From Perkinsus chesapeaki ATCC PRA-425 (taxonomy: Eukaryota > Protista > Perkinsozoa), in assembly GCA_013115145.1 (NCBI GenBank), contig JAAPAO010000119.1:1-64000 (forward strand): a stretch of DNA of 64,000 nt, given 5' to 3'. A program made the translations under genes and the position numbers. This document shows, piece by piece, positions 60,452-64,000 of this stretch. Below the pieces are notes generated by a model that did not search any database, was not told the origin of the DNA, and worked only from the letters and a program-made list of their open reading frames with translations. Positions within the stretch are counted from its first letter, which is position 1; every line of letters begins with the position of its first letter.

Positions 60452-63430
60452 TCAATTCTTTCCCGAAACCATTTCGTATATTATTGCACTTAAACTGATC
60501 GGGTAAAGTAGTAGCGAACAGATCAGCATCACCGCGCTGGCATACCTGAGAAAAACGAAAAAATTAAAACAAACAAAATAGCATTTTCAGTGTTGGTATT
60601 TTAGAAATAGAAATTCAATCACTCGGAATCATAAGGTGGAAATAAAATTACAAAAAAATGGAAAAATTATGGAGTAAATGAAAAAACTAAGATGAAAAAA
60701 TCAACGGGGTGTTTGCTATTAATGGAGAAGTACTTCAATTATGCATTCGAGCGCCAAAAAGATGAACTCAAATATACATTAAAAATGCCTCTACCAGGGA
60801 TAGAACCTGGGTCTCCTCGGCAATTTTATGAAAAGTAAGTGGTTTTCCCGCCACTAGCACGCATAATATTTCATTGAGCCCGTTCGGCCGAGCGACTATT
60901 TGGGAAAAATTTCTGTATTTTTTCACCTGAAATTCGGCAAATTTCGCAAATCTTACCAAAAAAACCGATAGCAAATAACCAGCGTTAAGCAATTTAAAAT
61001 TAAAATACTCCACCAGGAATTGAACCCACGCCCTTTGGCTGCTCACCATCTTTTCCAACCAGCCACAGTATGCCTTCCCGAGTGAAATATTTTACAGTAG
61101 AGATAACTGGGCATTACGAAACAGAGCAAGTTGCCGCAGATTAGCCCGACCAATTCGAAGACCGTTCCCAAGGAGGAGACAATGAAAGACAAGAACACCA
61201 CACAAACCAGCATAACTGTCGTAGTGATAAATCTGAAAATACGAAAACCTTCTGCCCGGAAAAAGATTTTCCAAAAATTTTAACGAAGAATGCATCTCGG
61301 TAAAAAGAAAACGGAAAAAGCGAAAAGACATTTTGGATAAAATGTCGGCTGAAAAAATCGGAACTGAGAATGAGATGTGCGAATAAGATGTTCCAGACTC
61401 CTTAGCTTCTTACACCTGCAGCATGAACGTTGTCCACCTCATAATTTTTGCTGCCGAAGGTCACCGAAAGCTTATCAGTGCCCATGGTGGAGGGTAGTAT
61501 ATTTTCCGATTTGCATCTCTGCTGAATGACAGAGTCCCATGTCCGGGGCGCGGAAGTAATAACAATAATAGTCAACGGAACGATATTAAGGAATGCGTGA
61601 GGTGGCGTTCTCTGTAGAAATTGGAATTGGAATTTATGTCAACAGGCCACACAAATTAAAAACATACAAGAAAAATACCATCACCAGGGCTCGAACCCGC
61701 GACCTCTCGATTCCCACCTCAGTCTCCATTCAGCTCGATCACAAGTCGGCGGCTTTCCACGATAAATCAATAGTTCAACACTTCTTCGACTAGGATGGAT
61801 GGTCAGAGGTAGCGAGAAGCTGACCTAAAAAATATCTTTTGCGGCACAAAATTATCCTCCTACTCACCGATAGCGCCGCGGCAATGCACGCAACTTTAAC
61901 CGGAGTTTCACTCACCGGCATCGACGTCAAGAAATTTGCTGAAAAAAACGACGTAAAAAGCGCGCGCCCAGTTGATCGATTTCCTTACCTCCCACACTCT
62001 GGCCGTATGTCATATAAGGCAGAATCATCGTTGGAATAAAAACCACCAGACCGGTCGTAACCGCCGACACACTGACGAAATTCAATTTTTTCAGAGTCAC
62101 GTTTGGCATCTCCTCGGCCACTTGAAAAAAGTTGTGATGGCACAGAAAAGCGAACATAAATACAGGGAATCTTGCGAGCATTCCAACCCACGAAACCGGC
62201 CAAAGCGAGGCCGATTCTAGGGAAGGGTCGGCGTAGGCTACTGCCAGGATGGCGAGATAACCAAGGGAGATCAAACCAAATGCATTGGTGAATCTGAAAA
62301 GGGAGAAGTTTAGTGTGCATGAAACGGTTGATCGATTAGCATATTTTCCCTCGCTGTGCGTTCTACTACTACACTGCAAAATTTTAGGGTCGTCTCCTCA
62401 ATAGCGGACGAGAGGTCATTAAAAACGAAATATTCTATTTCATTGGCGAGGGCCGTAGTAATAGAGTTTAGGGCTCTTCACAGACAGACAGAAAATCTGT
62501 CACGCATTTTTCACGGCGGAAAACTGTGCAGAAAATAACGCCCTGAGAGGGCGCCGCAAGCGACCTTGGATCTCGATTTGTTTCTAGTCGAAATTTTTTT
62601 TCGAATTTTACGGTAAGACAGACCGCACCGAAGTTACGGAATTAAAGATTCGGACGTGAAACTATTTTCCACCGATTCGGGAAAGTTGGACCGAAACTTA
62701 CGTGGGGTTGAAATTCCGACCTTCACAGGAAATTACGAGAAATTTTCACAATTTTTTCCGTGCAGAGAAATTACGAGAAGTATGGAAAAATTGCTACCCA
62801 CTGGGAACGAAAAATGGAAAAAGGGAAAATTTCACAAAAAAATCACAGAAAAATTAAAGTAAAAGTTATGTTTTGTGTGATGCTGGTTCAGTAGTACTGT
62901 GACTTTTTCTGATCTAGAGTTTAAACTCACTCCGTAAATTTCAACCAGGAAAAATTTACGGAAAATTTCCGGAAAATTTTCGAAAATTTTCGAAAATTTC
63001 CCTACCTTGTTGTGTTGAGGCGATGTGCATAAAGGACTGGCGAGAGCAAAATAACCACCACCAGAATGAGAATCTTTTTGAGCGTTTCAGGGTCAGTCCC
63101 AGTCGGATAAATCTCCTCGAGAATCGCCGCGAAAAGCGTGCCGGCAATCAATAGGAAACCTACAGAGGCTCCGAGACCTTTGATGACGACAGATAAGTCA
63201 ACCAACCTGAAAAAATAGATGGGAAATTACGCAAAAAATATCTGAAAAATATTGGAAAACATACGCAAAAAAATATGCAGAAAAATCAAGGCAATCTTAG
63301 GAAAGCAAATTACGTGGAGATATTAAGGAAAACTCATATCAGAATTATGCAAAAAAACGAGGGAAAGATACAGACAGGATGAAAAAAGAACTTACGATTT
63401 TGGAAATCATTATCGAGGTCGAGAACCTTC
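60452..63430 (-). CDS. Amino-acid transporter (Aa_trans/SLC38-like); 5' exons continue upstream
   Basis: Exons give ARFPVFMFAFLCHHNFF, PYMTYGQSV, SLPLTIHPSRRS, LGTVFELVGLICGNLLCFVMPSYLY and final TM WYASAVMLICSLLLYPISLSAII. Stop TGA at 60454-60452. Confidence 0.88.
60786..60823 (-). pseudogene. tRNA-Gly-like 3' fragment with terminator in transporter intron 60546-61046
   Basis: TTGCC GAGG AGAC CCAGG TTCTATC CCTGG TAGAGGC A TTTTT; perfect T-stem. Confidence 0.65.
61006..61036 (-). other. Degenerate tRNA 3' fragment just after the donor of intron 60546-61046
   Basis: AAAGGGC GTGGG TTCAATT CCTGG TGGAGT A TTTT. Confidence 0.5.
61676..61717 (-). pseudogene. tRNA 3' half (Pro-like) beginning at the intron donor, with terminator
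   Basis: GTGGGAA TCGAG AGGTC GCGGG TTCGAGC CCTGG TGATGGT A TTTTT. The donor at 61717 gives in-frame AEWRL|RFITTT. Confidence 0.65.
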
Positions 63431-64000
63431 CAACAAAACCATTTGAAGAACTGTATCATCTTGAGGGGTCATTTTCAAGACGAAAAATACACTTCGACAT
63501 TTTTAGGAAAAATAAAGCAACTTTCAGGGATTTCATTGCAAAATAATTGTAAAACTCACGATCGTGTGAATCAGCTAACAGGAGCCATCATTCGACCTAC
63601 CAACGTATCTTGGGGTTAACCAAGCTCACGACGTTAAAAAAAGATAGCATCCCATATGTTTGGGAGTCGTAGCTCTGAGCAATGAACGACATTAAATACA
63701 AAGAAAACCAACTTGCCACGCCAGCGAAGATACAAAATAATACGGCGAAGATAACACCTGAAAAATGTAGTGTGAATAAATGGATGTGTTAACGACTCGC
63801 GAGGAAAAATTGGGGAAAAATACAAAATTTTTGATGCTTTTATAATTTTCCCTTTTTAATTTTGCTATAGCATAAAAAAGCATTTTTCCCGCGGTGATTT
63901 CGAAAGATCGATTCTAAGGCTCAACTTCTCAACACAATAATTGTCTCCCCAAAATGTGGCTCGAAAATTTATTATAATTATCACTCGCTGCTTCGTTCAC

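Noticed and set aside
61400-61490. Ubl-like-looking MGTDKLSVTFGSKNYEV stretch inside a transporter intron
   Set aside because: Too short, with no supported downstream exons; a nested gene is not supportable.
3034-63430. Glutamate-themed cluster (GLT1, GGH, amino-acid transporter)
   Set aside because: The genes are separated by unrelated ones (OTU1, epimerase, PEX10) and lie on different strands; no evidence of functional clustering.

Overview
Eukaryotic nuclear DNA with many short GT/GC-AG introns. The style fits a perkinsid-type alveolate; this is inference, not proven. The + strand block (1 to ~47.5 kb) holds the 3' part of a SUMO E1 subunit (SAE1/AOS1), a ~22-kb multi-exon NADH-glutamate synthase (GLT1), an intronless F-box-like gene, an extended-SDR NDP-sugar epimerase, an OTU1/YOD1 deubiquitinase, an unassigned helical protein, and three tandem intronless gamma-glutamyl hydrolase paralogues, two lacking the catalytic Cys. 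The - strand block (48.7 to 64 kb) holds a Kelch/Asp-box propeller gene, four tandem 10-Cys GPI-type surface proteins plus a pseudogene, a 119-bp MITE, PEX10 and an amino-acid transporter. The most striking signal is about 15 tRNA genes, pseudogenes and tRNA fragments, 13 of them inside predicted spliceosomal introns. They include an intact tRNA-Arg(CCT) gene filling a 110-nt intron, its decayed siblings in other GLT1 introns, and 44-66 nt introns built largely from tRNA T-arm/B-box pieces lying near splice sites. Other unexplained structure: a recurrent intronic CACGCGCCACRAAATT motif and several unrelated perfect 10-12 bp hairpins. Exon boundaries were read by eye.
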